Positions 6,768 to 17,800 are shown, counted from the stretch's first letter. The stretch: DNA of 64,000 bases from Pirellulales bacterium (GCA_041746715.1 JBGTGN010000156.1:14900-78899); one strand, 5' to 3'. The notes: generated from the sequence alone by a model not told the origin. Made by a program: numbers and translations.

Positions 6768-8069
6768 TTACTCGCCGAGCTGGAAGAGACGCTTAAGGGC
6801 ATCGAGGAGGCCGTGGGGAGGTCCCGACTGGCTTTCACTGCGGAGTGACACCAGTGGCGGATGGAGGAGCTTCGCGGCGTACCGCTCGAAGGCCTGACGA
6901 ATCTCGGAGCGCTCGGTGTCGGCGAGATCGGGGAGCCTTCGGAAGAGCCGTTCGAGCTCGGCCTCGCCCGTCTCGGTCCAGCCGGCCTTGAGCTGTTCGA
7001 TCACCGGTGCCGTTGTGCGGTGATGGATGTCGGTCATGAACCGAAGTGTCTCCTCCTCCACGATCGCGAGGGCCGCCGGCATTTCACGATGGCGGCTCTG
7101 GCGGTTGGCATCGCAGGCCGCGGCGAGGTCATCGACGGAGTAGAGCCACACGCCCGGCCGATCGCCGATCGCCGGATCAAAATCACGTGGCACGGCCAGG
7201 TCGAGCACGACCAGCGGCCTGCCTTCTCGCTCTGGCTCGATGCGATCGTAGAGGGCCGCCGACACCACCGGCTCCGAGGCTCCGGTCGTGCTCACGACGA
7301 GATCGGCCGCGACGAGCTCCGCCCCCAGTTCGGCAAACGACCCCGGCCTCGCGCCCAATCGCGCAGCAAGCTCCACCGCCCGCGACGCCGTGCGATTCAC
7401 GACCGTCACATCGCGGGCCCCCGCTTCACGGAGATACCGCAGTGTCTCCGCCGCCATCTTGCCGGCGCCCACGAGAAGGATTCGCTTGTCATCGAATCGC
7501 TCGAACACGCCCGCGGCAAAGTCGGCGACCGCCACGCTCGGGATACTCGTCCGCTCGCGACCGAGGTTCGTCTCGCTTGCCACCCGTTTTGCCGTCCGCA
7601 GCGCTGCCTGAAACATCCCACCGGTGAGCGGTCCGCTCGTGCCAAGACTGCGTCCAAGCGACCATGCTGTCTTCACTTGCCCAAGAATCTGCGGCTCGCC
7701 GAGCACCATGCTGTCGAGACCGGCGGCCACCGAGAAGAGATGTCGCACGACCGCATCGTCTGCCTGCGTCGCAAGCACCCCAGACAGGCGTGTGGCATCA
7801 AGCCCTCGACACTCGGCCAGGAATGCCACGAGCTCGTCGGGATGTGGGGTGAGCGCCTCGTTCTCGCCCGCCGCATAGAGCTCGACGCGATTACATGTGG
7901 AAAGGAGCACCCCCTCGCGGCCTGGGAACCGCTCGCGAAATGCCGCGAGCGCTGCCGCCGCTTGCTCTGCGGAGAAGGCGAGCCGCTCGCGAAGCTCGAG
8001 TGGCACCGTGCGGTGCGTTCCACTGACAAGCGCGAGGCTTGTCCGAATGCCTGTGGTCGTGGAGGTCAT
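6768..8069 (-). CDS. hemA: Glutamyl-tRNA reductase
   Basis: LVSGTHRTVPLELRERLAF, LSTCNRVELYAAG, and the NADPH-binding stretch ILLVGAGKMAAETLRYL. Start set at the ATG at 8069, which overlaps the upstream stop (ATGA); the longer ORF-track N-terminus is not HemA-like. Confidence 0.9.
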   Translation of the reverse strand: MTSTTTGIRTSLALVSGTHRTVPLELRERLAFSAEQAAAALAAFRERFPGREGVLLSTCNRVELYAAGENEALTPHPDELVAFLAECRGLDATRLSGVLATQADDAVVRHLFSVAAGLDSMVLGEPQILGQVKTAWSLGRSLGTSGPLTGGMFQAALRTAKRVASETNLGRERTSIPSVAVADFAAGVFERFDDKRILLVGAGKMAAETLRYLREAGARDVTVVNRTASRAVELAARLGARPGSFAELGAELVAADLVVSTTGASEPVVSAALYDRIEPEREGRPLVVLDLAVPRDFDPAIGDRPGVWLYSVDDLAAACDANRQSRHREMPAALAIVEEETLRFMTDIHHRTTAPVIEQLKAGWTETGEAELERLFRRLPDLADTERSEIRQAFERYAAKLLHPPLVSLRSESQSGPPHGLLDALKRLFQLGE

Positions 8070-8956
8070 GGAGACACCTCCGCCGGCGAATCGTTTGGTG
8101 GAGTCGTGGGCGCGACCGGGAGCGTCGGCATCCCATGCTGCGTGGGTGCCAGAAGCCCCCAGGCGAGTGACCCGGCGAGCACCGCAAGACTCGCCACCGA
8201 AAGCCACGCGGCGACACGGTCACCGGTAGGTTGCCGTCGCATCGCGAGCGCCACGCCGTCGGCCACTACGAGCCACGCCACCACGAGCCCCATCCGCAAA
8301 ACGACCGGATCGGTCCATGGCACCGACTCCGGCAGCTTGACGGCGTTGAGCACGATGCCTGACACAAACCCAGCGACCGCGGTCCAGGCGGCGATGCCAA
8401 GCGCCCGGTGGGTGATCGCCGTAAGCCGCTCCAAGCTCGGCATCCGAAACCCGGCAAGCGGCGGCTGCTTCCGGGCGAGCCGCCCGGCCTGGATGAGCCA
8501 CATCGCACCCGCCACGGCGCCGAGCGACACGCTCACGCTGAAAGCGAGATTGAAGCTTCCGTGGATGCGAGCCCACACCTGCGCCGCCGGGCTCTGAAGA
8601 AATGGCTGCCGGCTCGCGAGTGCCGCTGCGCCCACGAGTGCCAGCACCACTGGCAAAAGAAAGAGCCCCACGGGTGTGCGAGGGTTTGCCAGCGCGAGCC
8701 AGAGATAGCCCGCCGCCAGGAGCCACGCCGCGAGCAAGTACCAATCAAAGGGACTCGACAGTGGCACACCCGACTCATTTGCAGCCCGCCAGCCCAGAAA
8801 GAGCGTGTGCGCAAAAAGCCCAGCCGCCGCAAAACCCACCATCACGATCCCGCGCACGCCCGAGCGAAACACGAGCCGCGACGCCTCGCAGCCGAGCGCC
8901 ACCGCGTAGCTCGCCGCAAAGCAGACGATCGAAATGCCCGACAAAAACTCGGTCAT
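8066..8956 (-). CDS. CcsA/HemX-like cytochrome c assembly family membrane protein
   Basis: Polytopic membrane protein (about 8 hydrophobic segments, Trp-rich loops). It sits directly upstream of and overlaps hemA, like HemX-type proteins of hem operons. Confidence 0.7.
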   Translation of the reverse strand: MTEFLSGISIVCFAASYAVALGCEASRLVFRSGVRGIVMVGFAAAGLFAHTLFLGWRAANESGVPLSSPFDWYLLAAWLLAAGYLWLALANPRTPVGLFLLPVVLALVGAAALASRQPFLQSPAAQVWARIHGSFNLAFSVSVSLGAVAGAMWLIQAGRLARKQPPLAGFRMPSLERLTAITHRALGIAAWTAVAGFVSGIVLNAVKLPESVPWTDPVVLRMGLVVAWLVVADGVALAMRRQPTGDRVAAWLSVASLAVLAGSLAWGLLAPTQHGMPTLPVAPTTPPNDSPAEVSP

Positions 8957-9008
8957 GGGGACTCAGGGTGCGAGGAAACACTTCATTCTAGCGTGCCGCG
9001 GCGGCCCA

Positions 9009-11807
9009 TCACGATGTGGCGTCACTCGACGGCCCCGTCACGCAAACATCGGCATCTGTCATCGCGGTGTGGCCCTGCACGGTCTCGCGGCACATCTCGA
9101 TCAGGGCCGCAAAGTCGATGGGCTTGGTGGCATACCGAGTACACCCGGCACTCATGCACGCGATCGCATCCTCGGGCGTGGTGTGGGCGGTCAGGGCGAT
9201 GATCGGCAGCGTGCTCCCTTTCGCTCGGAGCGTACGGGCCAGGGTGTAGCCGTCCATTTCCGTCATCTGGATGTCGGTGAGAAGAAGGTCGCAGGGGAGC
9301 GGCTCGATAACGCCATTGGCAATGTTCTCGTCGATGCACAGACCACGGATTGCGTCGAGCCCGTTCGGAAAAAAACGCACCACGGCACCGGCACGAACCA
9401 GGTAGTGCTTGATGAGCTGCTGGACCGGTGGCGAGTCTTCGGCCACGAAGATACGAACTCCCGCGAGGCCTCTCACGTCGCTCTGGTCATCGGCGGCGGA
9501 ACGGTCCGCGATGCGCGGCCGCCACTGGTCGGGTCGGATCATGGCGACGTGGCGTACGTCTCCTGTGGGAATAGAAACGGTGAATCTGCTCCCCTTGCCC
9601 AATTCACTGGTCACGGTGAGGTCGCCACCGAGCATCGTCGCGAGCGACTTGGCAATCCGAAGGCCGAGGCCAGTTCCGCCAAACTTTCTGGTGGTCGAGG
9701 TGTCGGCCTGCTGAAACGCCTCGAACAATCGTGAAAGCTGCTCAGGGGCGATCCCGATGCCAGTGTCGGCGACGGTGATCGTGAGCAAAGACCCATGTGC
9801 GGTGTCGGGCTCGAAGCCCACCCCAAGAGTCACGCCGCCGCGTTCGGTGAACTTCACGGCATTGCTTACGAGATTGATCAGGATCTGCTTGATCCGGAGC
9901 GGATCACTCCGGATTGTCGTGGGAATGTCGGTGAGCAGTTCGATCGAAAAGTCGAGACGTCGCTCCTGCGCGTTGGTGCCCTTGAGCGAATCGATCCCGA
10001 TCAGAAGCTGTCGGGTGTCGACGTCGAGGCATTCGATGGTCATCTGCCCGGCCTCGATCTTCGAGAGATCGAGAATGTCATTGATGAGGCACATCAAGTG
10101 ATCGCCATTTCGCTTGATGACTGTGACGCATGCCAGGGCGCCGGCAGGATTGCTGCCGATCGTCTCCGAAATCACGTCGGCGAACCCAAGAATCGCGGTC
10201 AACGGTGTGCGGATCTCATGGCTCATGTTGGCGAGGAATTCAGTCTTGAAGCGACTGGCAGACTCCGCGGCCTCCTTGGCGGCCTTGTGTGCCTCCTGGA
10301 TATTCTTGAGCTCTGTGATGTCACGGCCCTCGGGCACGAGCCAGACGACCTCGCCGCGTTCGTCAAACACGGGCTTCAGTGAAAAATCGACGTGATGAAG
10401 TTCGCCATGCACGTCCGGATGGACCGTCTCGAATCGTACGAACTCACCTCGCTTGGCGGCGTGGATGGCCCTGGTCACCGTTGCGTGAATCTCGGATGAG
10501 TGTTGCCACCAGGGAGTGTCGGGAAAAAACTTCCCGATGACCTGGTTCGCCCTGATACCGGCAAACTCCAGTGACGCCTGATTGGCTTCGAGCACCCGGC
10601 CGTCACGGTCAAGGAGACCGATGAACTCGAAGGTTTGATCCAGGATCACACGGGCCTTCCGTTCACTCGTTCGAGCCGCGCGGTCACGGGAGCTTCCCAC
10701 CACTCCCAGGAGCGCGCACACGACCGCGGTCAGGAGCATTCCGCCCACGCCGATCGTCGGGGGCCAGAGGAATTGTGGCGTTGTTTCAAAGGCATGGGTG
10801 GAATGGAATTCGGCCCGCCATGGGCGACCTCCGACGGTGACTTCCTTGTTCCATGTGAATGTGGCGGTGGCAGCCTTGGCGGTACTGGATCCTGTTCCCA
10901 TCCCGCTCACCGCCAGAATGACGCCGGGGCTATCCTCCTGGAGGTCCATCAGCGTCAGATGAAACGGTGAGTGTGCCGGAATCAGGCCGCCGATCACTGA
11001 CTCCAGCACCACCGGGGCAAAAAGAACTCCGACGAGAGACCGCCTACGTTCGTCGGGAGACGCAGGGTTGCTTCCGGGTTTGTAGACCGGCACGAAGTAC
11101 ACGAAGCCGGTTTGATCGGGTGCCTGAATGAGTGTGAGGCGAGGCGTGATCGTGGGCTTCCCCGTATCGATGGCCTTCTCAATCACCACCCGTCGCTTGA
11201 TGTTGGTCCCGATGTCGCAGCCCAGCGCAGGGCGATTGTCGTCATAGGGAAATACGAACTTGATCATGTAGTGGTCATGCTCGCCCGGGCGCGCAACGTC
11301 GCCGGGGCGAAGGGGCTTGTAGGCATACGTCGGCTCGCCATCGGCCCGTGTGGTTCGGATGAACTCATCCAGATCCTCCGCGGCGACCCGCTGAATGAAG
11401 CCCATGCCGGACACCCCTGGAAACTCACCAGGCAGGTCCCGTGAGCTGACGTGGGCCTTCATCTTTGCGCGATCAACATCCACGCCGGCGGCGTACATGC
11501 CGCGAAGTCCGTTGAGCCCGTAAACAACCCGCTCGATTCGGTCCACGGTCTGTCTGAGAAACGACTCGCAGAGCTCGTTGAATTGGTCTTGGGCCTCTCG
11601 GGCGATGGCCCTATGCGCGGCGACGGCGGCGGCGATGGAAACAAGAGCCCCGATGACAAAGAGGCCCAGAATGACAAACCGAAAACTCCAATCGCGAGAT
11701 CGTGGCGGGGTTTCGGCTTGGCCCGCTCGCCCAGAGCCCGCCCACGCAAGCCCTATCGCCAAGAGACCGGCCACCGCGATGGCGACGGCGATTTCAAAGA
11801 GCGGCAT
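9009..11807 (-). CDS. Hybrid sensor histidine kinase (CHASE - TM - PAS - HisKA - HATPase - receiver)
   Basis: Periplasmic CHASE-like block (YMIKFVFPYDDNRPALGCDIGTN...GFVYFVPVY), a PAS domain, the H-box FLANMSHEIRTPL, the G-boxes DTGIGI and GGTGLGL, and a C-terminal receiver (LLLTDIQMTEMDG...ATKP). An alternative start is the ATG at 11888. Confidence 0.9.
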   Translation of the reverse strand: MPLFEIAVAIAVAGLLAIGLAWAGSGRAGQAETPPRSRDWSFRFVILGLFVIGALVSIAAAVAAHRAIAREAQDQFNELCESFLRQTVDRIERVVYGLNGLRGMYAAGVDVDRAKMKAHVSSRDLPGEFPGVSGMGFIQRVAAEDLDEFIRTTRADGEPTYAYKPLRPGDVARPGEHDHYMIKFVFPYDDNRPALGCDIGTNIKRRVVIEKAIDTGKPTITPRLTLIQAPDQTGFVYFVPVYKPGSNPASPDERRRSLVGVLFAPVVLESVIGGLIPAHSPFHLTLMDLQEDSPGVILAVSGMGTGSSTAKAATATFTWNKEVTVGGRPWRAEFHSTHAFETTPQFLWPPTIGVGGMLLTAVVCALLGVVGSSRDRAARTSERKARVILDQTFEFIGLLDRDGRVLEANQASLEFAGIRANQVIGKFFPDTPWWQHSSEIHATVTRAIHAAKRGEFVRFETVHPDVHGELHHVDFSLKPVFDERGEVVWLVPEGRDITELKNIQEAHKAAKEAAESASRFKTEFLANMSHEIRTPLTAILGFADVISETIGSNPAGALACVTVIKRNGDHLMCLINDILDLSKIEAGQMTIECLDVDTRQLLIGIDSLKGTNAQERRLDFSIELLTDIPTTIRSDPLRIKQILINLVSNAVKFTERGGVTLGVGFEPDTAHGSLLTITVADTGIGIAPEQLSRLFEAFQQADTSTTRKFGGTGLGLRIAKSLATMLGGDLTVTSELGKGSRFTVSIPTGDVRHVAMIRPDQWRPRIADRSAADDQSDVRGLAGVRIFVAEDSPPVQQLIKHYLVRAGAVVRFFPNGLDAIRGLCIDENIANGVIEPLPCDLLLTDIQMTEMDGYTLARTLRAKGSTLPIIALTAHTTPEDAIACMSAGCTRYATKPIDFAALIEMCRETVQGHTAMTDADVCVTGPSSDATS

Positions 11808-11963
11808 GGCGGCAGTGCGTTCCGTGCGGGATGACAACCGCAGTTTACTGGAGCTATTCCCGTCCTGCCCGTCTTGGCACCGCGGCATGCGACAAACCGA
11901 ATGCTCGCAGGCGGATCCATCCGCGATAGAATGAGGGGCTCCGTCTGGTTTGCTCCATCACGT

Positions 11964-13352
11964 ATGCCGAAGCCTGAGTCCCGCACCGTCCTCGTCGCCG
12001 ATGACGATCCTCAGTTCCTCGGGGTCATGGACCATCACCTTCGGGGTTGGTCATACCGAGTGCGAACCGTCGCCGACAAGGGCTCGCTCCTCGAGCAGTT
12101 GGCCGAAAACCCACCGACCGTGGTCCTGCTCGACGTCCGTTTCGGGGACCATGACGGCATCGAGGTTCTCCGGCAGATCCAGGCCGACTATCCCTCCGTG
12201 CGGGTCGTGATGCTCACCGCGTTTGGGTCGATCGAGACCGGCGTCTCGGCGATGAAGCTCGGGGCGATCGACTATCTCACAAAGCCCGTAAACCTCGATC
12301 GGCTGCGGAGCGTGGTGGCTGACGCTCTCGATACAGTCCGCTCGACGGCTCCCGCCACGGTCCATGCTCCCGTGCCCAGGCCTTCTGCCGCTGCCGTACC
12401 GCAGCCGATCATCGGTGAGAGCGAGCCTGTGGGCCGGCTTCGGAATCTGATTGCCCGGGCGGCGGCCACCGACTCGACCGTGCTGATTCTCGGCGAGAGT
12501 GGAACCGGCAAGGAGCTCGTCGCGCGGGCGCTTCACGACCAAAGCCATCGCCGCGATAAGCCTTTCATCGCTATCAATGTCGCGGCGCTTCCGGAAGAAC
12601 TGGTCGAGAGCACGCTCTTCGGCCACGCCAAGGGAGCCTTCACGGGCGCTGAAGAAATGCGGCACGGGTGCTGTGAGGCAGCCCATGGTGGCACGCTCTT
12701 CCTGGATGAAATCGGCGAGATGGATTTTGGCCTCCAGGCGAAGCTGCTGCGGTTTTTGCAGGAGCGAACGTTTCAACGTGTCGGCGAAACGAACCCAATC
12801 TCGGTGGACGTGCGGGTGGTCGCGGCGACCAATCGCAACCTGCTCGAGGAGGTTCAGCAAGGACGGTTTCGAGGGGATCTCTATTACCGCCTCAATGTCC
12901 TGCTGATCGTGGTGACGCCGCTTCGGGATCGCCAAGACGACATTCCCCTCCTCGCGAAGCATTTTCTCGCACGGTTCGCTGACCGCTGTGGTCGACCGAC
13001 GCTCGAACTGGGGCCAGACGCTTGTGACGCGCTCATGCGGTATGACTGGCCCGGCAATGTCAGGGAGCTCGAGAACGTCGTCGAGCGAATCGCGATCCTC
13101 AGCCCAGGGCCGATCGTGTGTGCCTCGGAGATTCGCTTCGATGCCGACATGGCGTTCGCCGGGCCGGCGGGGCTGGCGGAAGTCTCGGCGGCAGACCTCG
13201 AGCTCACGGAAATGGAGCGAATCGAAAAGGCGGCGATCAGCCGGGCGCTCGCGGAGGCCGGTGGCGTCGTCCGTGAAGCGGCCTCGGCGCTCGGGCTGGC
13301 GCAGTCGACGGTCTATCGCAAGGTCAAAAGGTATGGCCTGACCATCCGCTGA
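11964..13352 (+). CDS. NtrC-family sigma54-dependent response regulator (REC - AAA+ - HTH)
   Basis: Receiver VLVADDD...LLDVRFGDHDG, Walker A GESGTGKE, the sigma54 contact loop GAFTGA, and a C-terminal Fis-type HTH (LGLAQSTVYRKVKRYGL). Start set at the ATG at 11964 (MPKPESRTVLVADDD). Confidence 0.9.
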   Translation: MPKPESRTVLVADDDPQFLGVMDHHLRGWSYRVRTVADKGSLLEQLAENPPTVVLLDVRFGDHDGIEVLRQIQADYPSVRVVMLTAFGSIETGVSAMKLGAIDYLTKPVNLDRLRSVVADALDTVRSTAPATVHAPVPRPSAAAVPQPIIGESEPVGRLRNLIARAAATDSTVLILGESGTGKELVARALHDQSHRRDKPFIAINVAALPEELVESTLFGHAKGAFTGAEEMRHGCCEAAHGGTLFLDEIGEMDFGLQAKLLRFLQERTFQRVGETNPISVDVRVVAATNRNLLEEVQQGRFRGDLYYRLNVLLIVVTPLRDRQDDIPLLAKHFLARFADRCGRPTLELGPDACDALMRYDWPGNVRELENVVERIAILSPGPIVCASEIRFDADMAFAGPAGLAEVSAADLELTEMERIEKAAISRALAEAGGVVREAASALGLAQSTVYRKVKRYGLTIR

Positions 13353-13359
13353 TCGTTCC

Positions 13360-13704
13360 ATGCCTGACAACAGAATCACCGACACCGACTCTGGCGACGA
13401 CGACCTGGCCGAGCTCGGGCGAGGCTATCGCGAAAGCCTCCGCGGGACTCTCGCGGCCGTGGAGCAGGCGCTCGCCACGGGTGACCACCACGCCCTCGCC
13501 ACCGTCGCCCACCAGACCCGTGGTGCCGCCGGGATGTTTGGTTACCCGGAGCTCACCGTGACCGCTGGCCTCCTCGAGGATGCAATCCACGAGCAGCAAA
13601 ATCACGACTTGATTGACGATCTTGCCCGCGAACTCGTGCGAGGCATTCAGGGGATTCTCAAGGAAGGTGCCGCCTCCCGGCCCTATACTCGTCGGCCGCT
13701 ATGA
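13360..13704 (+). CDS. Histidine phosphotransfer (HPt) protein
   Basis: LATVAHQTRGAAGMFGYPELT is the HPt helix with the phospho-accepting His. The gene lies 7 nt after the response regulator gene. Confidence 0.8.
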   Translation: MPDNRITDTDSGDDDLAELGRGYRESLRGTLAAVEQALATGDHHALATVAHQTRGAAGMFGYPELTVTAGLLEDAIHEQQNHDLIDDLARELVRGIQGILKEGAASRPYTRRPL

Positions 13705-14759
13705 CACCCATCGCCCCACTGACGCTCGTCGATCCCCGCAGCCAGTCGCTCCTCATGCGGGCATGCCGGCTCGAACCGGTCGAACGGACGCCGGTGTGGC
13801 TCATGCGGCAGGCGGGCCGGTATCTCCCTGAGTACCGGGCGGTCCGCGAGAAGGTGGGCTTCCTCGAGCTCTGTAAAACTCCAAAACTCTCGGCGGAGGT
13901 GATGATCGCCACGGTGCATCGCCTCGGTGTCGATGCGGCCATCATCTTTAGCGACATCCTCCCCATCCTCGAGCCGCTTGGGCTCGAGCTCGAGTTTTCC
14001 GCGGGCGAAGGGCCGGTGATTCACAATCCCATCCGCGAAGCCGCCGATGTGCTGCGAGTTCGCGAGCTAGCCGATGTGGACCGCGTCGGGTTTGTGATGG
14101 ATACCGTGGCCGCCACTCGCTCTGGGCTTGCCGACTCGATCCCTGTGATCGGTTTTGCTGGTGCCCCCTTCACGCTTGCCGGCTACTGCATCGAAGGCGG
14201 CACGAGCAAGGCTTGGACGCTCACAAAGCAGTTCATGATGCGGCATGAATCAGCCTGGCATGACCTCTGCGGCACGCTCGCCCGTGCGGTGAGCCAATAC
14301 CTCGTGGCCCAGCTCGACGCCGGCGCCCAGCTTGTGCAGCTCTTCGATAGCTGGGTGGGATGCCTCGGGCCGGCCGACTACCGTCGCTACGTGCTGCCCC
14401 ATACTCGCACCGCGATCGCCGAGGCCGCCAAACGAGCGCCCGTGATCCACTTCGCCGCAGGCAATCCAGCGCTGCTGCCCCTTCTCGCCGAAGCCGGCGG
14501 CAGCGTGATCGGCATCGACTGGCGAATTGACCTCGATCGCGCATGGGAAACCGTCGGCTTCGACCGCGCCGTCCAGGGCAACATCGATCCCGTCGTGCTC
14601 TTCGCCGACCGCGACACCGTGCGCACGCGCACCCGAGCGGTCCTTGAACAGGCCGCAGGCCGCCCCGGCCACATTTTTAACCTGGGCCACGGCATCCTCC
14701 CCGGCACCCCGGTGGAAAATGTCTTGGAGCTCGTCGCTGCTGTGAAGCAGGGTTCATAA
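13701..14759 (+). CDS. hemE: Uroporphyrinogen decarboxylase
   Basis: RTPVWLMRQAGRYLPEYR plus overall HemE-like sequence. The ATG overlaps the HPt stop (ATGA at 13701-13704). Confidence 0.95.
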   Translation: MTPIAPLTLVDPRSQSLLMRACRLEPVERTPVWLMRQAGRYLPEYRAVREKVGFLELCKTPKLSAEVMIATVHRLGVDAAIIFSDILPILEPLGLELEFSAGEGPVIHNPIREAADVLRVRELADVDRVGFVMDTVAATRSGLADSIPVIGFAGAPFTLAGYCIEGGTSKAWTLTKQFMMRHESAWHDLCGTLARAVSQYLVAQLDAGAQLVQLFDSWVGCLGPADYRRYVLPHTRTAIAEAAKRAPVIHFAAGNPALLPLLAEAGGSVIGIDWRIDLDRAWETVGFDRAVQGNIDPVVLFADRDTVRTRTRAVLEQAAGRPGHIFNLGHGILPGTPVENVLELVAAVKQGS

Positions 14760-14858
14760 GTTTCAGCCGGGGCTCATCCCCCTGCCCTGCCCCAGATTAC
14801 CCATAGCCCACACGCGTGGGTTACACTGGCGGGTTTCCCAGTCCCGACCGCAGGCTCC

Positions 14859-17800
14859 ATGAAGACACTCGAAAATCGACTCTTTCACCTCTTCGAGCCA
14901 GGCGACGTTGCCCGGGCTCGCGAGATCATCCCGGCCAAGGTGTCCTGCCCACGGGTCGGCCAAGTGCGGGCGATTGTGTCTGGGGGCGATGATGAGGATC
15001 ACGAGGTGTTTCTCGAGCTCTCCGCGCACCGCCGCGGCGGGATGACGCTCGAGACCCGTTGCTCATCGAACGAAGGGAAGGCCGGCAAACCCTGCGCGAT
15101 CCTGGCAGCGGTGATCCTCGAGATTGATCGTCGGGGTCTTTTTTCGGGTATCCACGATCAAACGCCCGTCGCGCTCGAGGTCATCGGCGAGACCCCCGGC
15201 GACGACGAGCCACTCGTAGACGACACCGAGGCCCCAGCCCCGGAACTCTCCACGACGCTCACCTCTCCTGCCAATGGTCGTGCCAATCGCAACGGCCCTC
15301 GGCTCGCTCCATGGGCGGCCGAGCTCGAGGAGCGACGACGGCTGGTCGAACCGACGATGCGGTCGCACGGTGTGAGTATTCCAGATACCAGACGGGCCGG
15401 CGGGGCACTCGTGTTCCTCTTCGAAGCGGCTGCCTCCACCGACGCCCGCGCCGCAGTCCTCACACCTTGCCGGATGCAGCTCGATGTGACGGGCAATGCG
15501 ACCGGCCGACCTCGCCCGATCACGATTGGGCCTGGCGAAGTCGAGCTCACCGACCTCGATGGGATCGAGCGAGAACTTCTTGCCAAGCTCCTCGGTTCCG
15601 TAGGAAGCACCGATGGAGCGATGCCGCCGCCGCTCGAGCGACGCACGATTTCGAGGCTCGTCATCTCCGCCCATTCTGCGGCCACACACCTTGCCATGCT
15701 TTGTGAGGCCGGTCGGCTCGTGATTCAGCCAGAGCCGCGACGGGCGCCGGAGGAGATCGTGCCGCTTGCCTGGGACAGCGGACGCCCGTGGGAACTGGCC
15801 TTTCTCGTGGGCCCCGATGACGATGAACTCCCTCGTAGCACACGGGCAACCGACGACGATGAACCGCCAAAAAAACCCTCCAAGGCGACGCTCACCGCGG
15901 CGCTTGTTCGCGGGAGCCAACGGAAGTCGCTCGATGAGCCGCGGGTGATCCTCAAGGCCGGCATCGTCGTCTTTGCCGATCGGATCGCACGGCTCGAAGC
16001 AAGTGAATCCACAGCCTGGATCGACCAGTTCGAGCGACGTGGGACCATCGAGCTTTCGGCGTCGCAGTGTGACGGGCTCGTGGAGAGACTGGCGATGCTC
16101 GCCGATGTGCCGCGGGTCGTGCTGCCGGCCTGGACAGGCTGGCGGATCGAGTCGGGGCCGCCTCACCCAAAGCTTGTGCTCGACGATACTCCTGCAGTGA
16201 GTGTCGATGAACCAGAGAGTGGCCGCCGACGCACCGCGGCGCGTGTGCAGCTTGCGGGGCAGATCTGGTTTGACTACGCGGGCGTGCTCATCGCCGCCGG
16301 TGATCCGGCTGGGGGCGCTGCCGATGCCGACCGGCGAGTCTTCATTCGCCGCGACCGCGCCGCTGAGCGGGATGCCCTGGCCATGCTCCCGCGATATGGG
16401 TTCACGCCGCCCCGCGGCGTCGCCGTGGATGGTGGCGAGCTTGCCCATCATGTGGAGGTGGCCCGCGGCCGACTCGACAGCTCCGTGTCGCAGCTCGCCT
16501 CGGTTGGGTGGACCGTCGAAGTGGCGGGCCGCCGCTACCGGCCAGCCGGAAGCGTCGCATGGAATGTGACCAGCGGCATCGACTGGTTCGAGCTATCGGC
16601 AGAAATTGACTTTGGGGGCGTGCGGGCCGAACTGCCGGCGCTTCTCGAGGCGCTCGCATCGGGAGGGCGTTCGGTTGTGCTGTCAGATGGATCGGTCGGC
16701 ATCCTGCCCGATGCTTTCGCGACCGAAATGGCACCGTTCCTCGCGCTCGCGCAGAAGCATGACGGCACGCTTCGGTATGGCCGCATCCAATTGGCACTTC
16801 TTGACGCGCTCCTCGCAGGCCAACCGCAGGCGCATTTTGATGAGGCCTTTGAGCGGCTTCGCGATCAGCTCGCCGCTGGCGGAAGGCCGGAGGCCGAGCA
16901 GGAGCCACACGGCTTCGAGGGAACGCTTCGTCACTACCAGCGAGAAGGCCTCGGGTGGCTCGTGTTCCTCGAGTCGCTCGGCCTCGGCGGCTGCCTCGCC
17001 GACGACATGGGTCTCGGCAAGACGATCCAGGTGCTCGCGATGCTCATGCGACGGCAGGTGGTCAACGAGGCCGCTGGAATTCCGCACCGGCCAAGCCTCG
17101 TGGTCGTGCCGAAAAGCCTTGTTTTCAACTGGATCGAAGAGGCCCACAAGTTTGCCCCCTCGCTCCGCGTGGCGAATCACACAGGCAACGCCCGCACCGA
17201 CACCACCGACAACCTCGCCGATTTCGACATGGTGATCACCACCTACGGCACGCTGAGGCGCGACATCGTTCGCCATCGCGAGAACGAGTTTGACTATGTG
17301 ATCCTCGACGAGGCCCAGTCGATCAAGAACGCGGCGAGCCAGGCGGCGAAGGCCTGCCGGCTCCTGCGGGCGAGGCATCGGCTGGCCCTCACCGGCACGC
17401 CGGTGGAAAACCACATCGGCGAGCTCTGGAGCATTTTTGAGTTCTTGAATCCGGGGCAGCTCGGCAGCGCCGTGCGACTGCGAAAATTCCTGGCCGACGG
17501 CCGCGGCAGCGCCGATGTCGTTGCCCGCGCGGTACGGCCCTATCTCCTTCGCCGCACCAAGAAAGAGGTGCTCTCAGACCTGCCGGAGAAGACCGAGCAA
17601 ACACTCTATGTCGAGCTCGGCGAAACCCAGCGGAAGGCCTACGACGAACTGCGGGAGCATTTCCGGGCAGAGCTGACAGGCCGCATCGGTCGCTTTGGCA
17701 TTGGCCGCTCGCGGATCGCCGTGCTTGAGGCGCTGCTGCGACTGCGTCAAACAGCCTGCCATCCGGGGCTCGTTGACCACGCGCGGGTGGATGAGCCGTC

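Noticed and set aside
8136-8151. Sigma54-like site (reverse complement TGGCACCCACGCAGCA) ~65 nt upstream of hemA
   Set aside because: The GG-N10-GC spacing is correct, but the -12 element reads CAGCA and the site lies inside coding sequence. Matches of this quality are expected by chance in a window of this size.
6861-8597. 578-aa plus-strand ORF
   Set aside because: It is antisense to hemA and the CcsA/HemX-like gene. The translation is Arg/Gly/His/Pro-rich with no motifs, which is a typical GC-rich shadow frame.
11875-11890. Sigma54-like site TGGCACCGCGGCATGC upstream of the activator gene
   Set aside because: The GC of the -12 element is one nucleotide too far from the GG, and there is no TTGC. 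Sigma54 spacing is strict.
12051-13385. 444-aa minus-strand ORF
   Set aside because: It is antisense to the sigma54 activator gene, which carries Walker A, GAFTGA and HTH motifs. It is a shadow frame.
15063-16451. 462-aa minus-strand ORF
   Set aside because: It is antisense to the SNF2 gene, has low-complexity Arg/Gly/Pro content, and shows no motifs.
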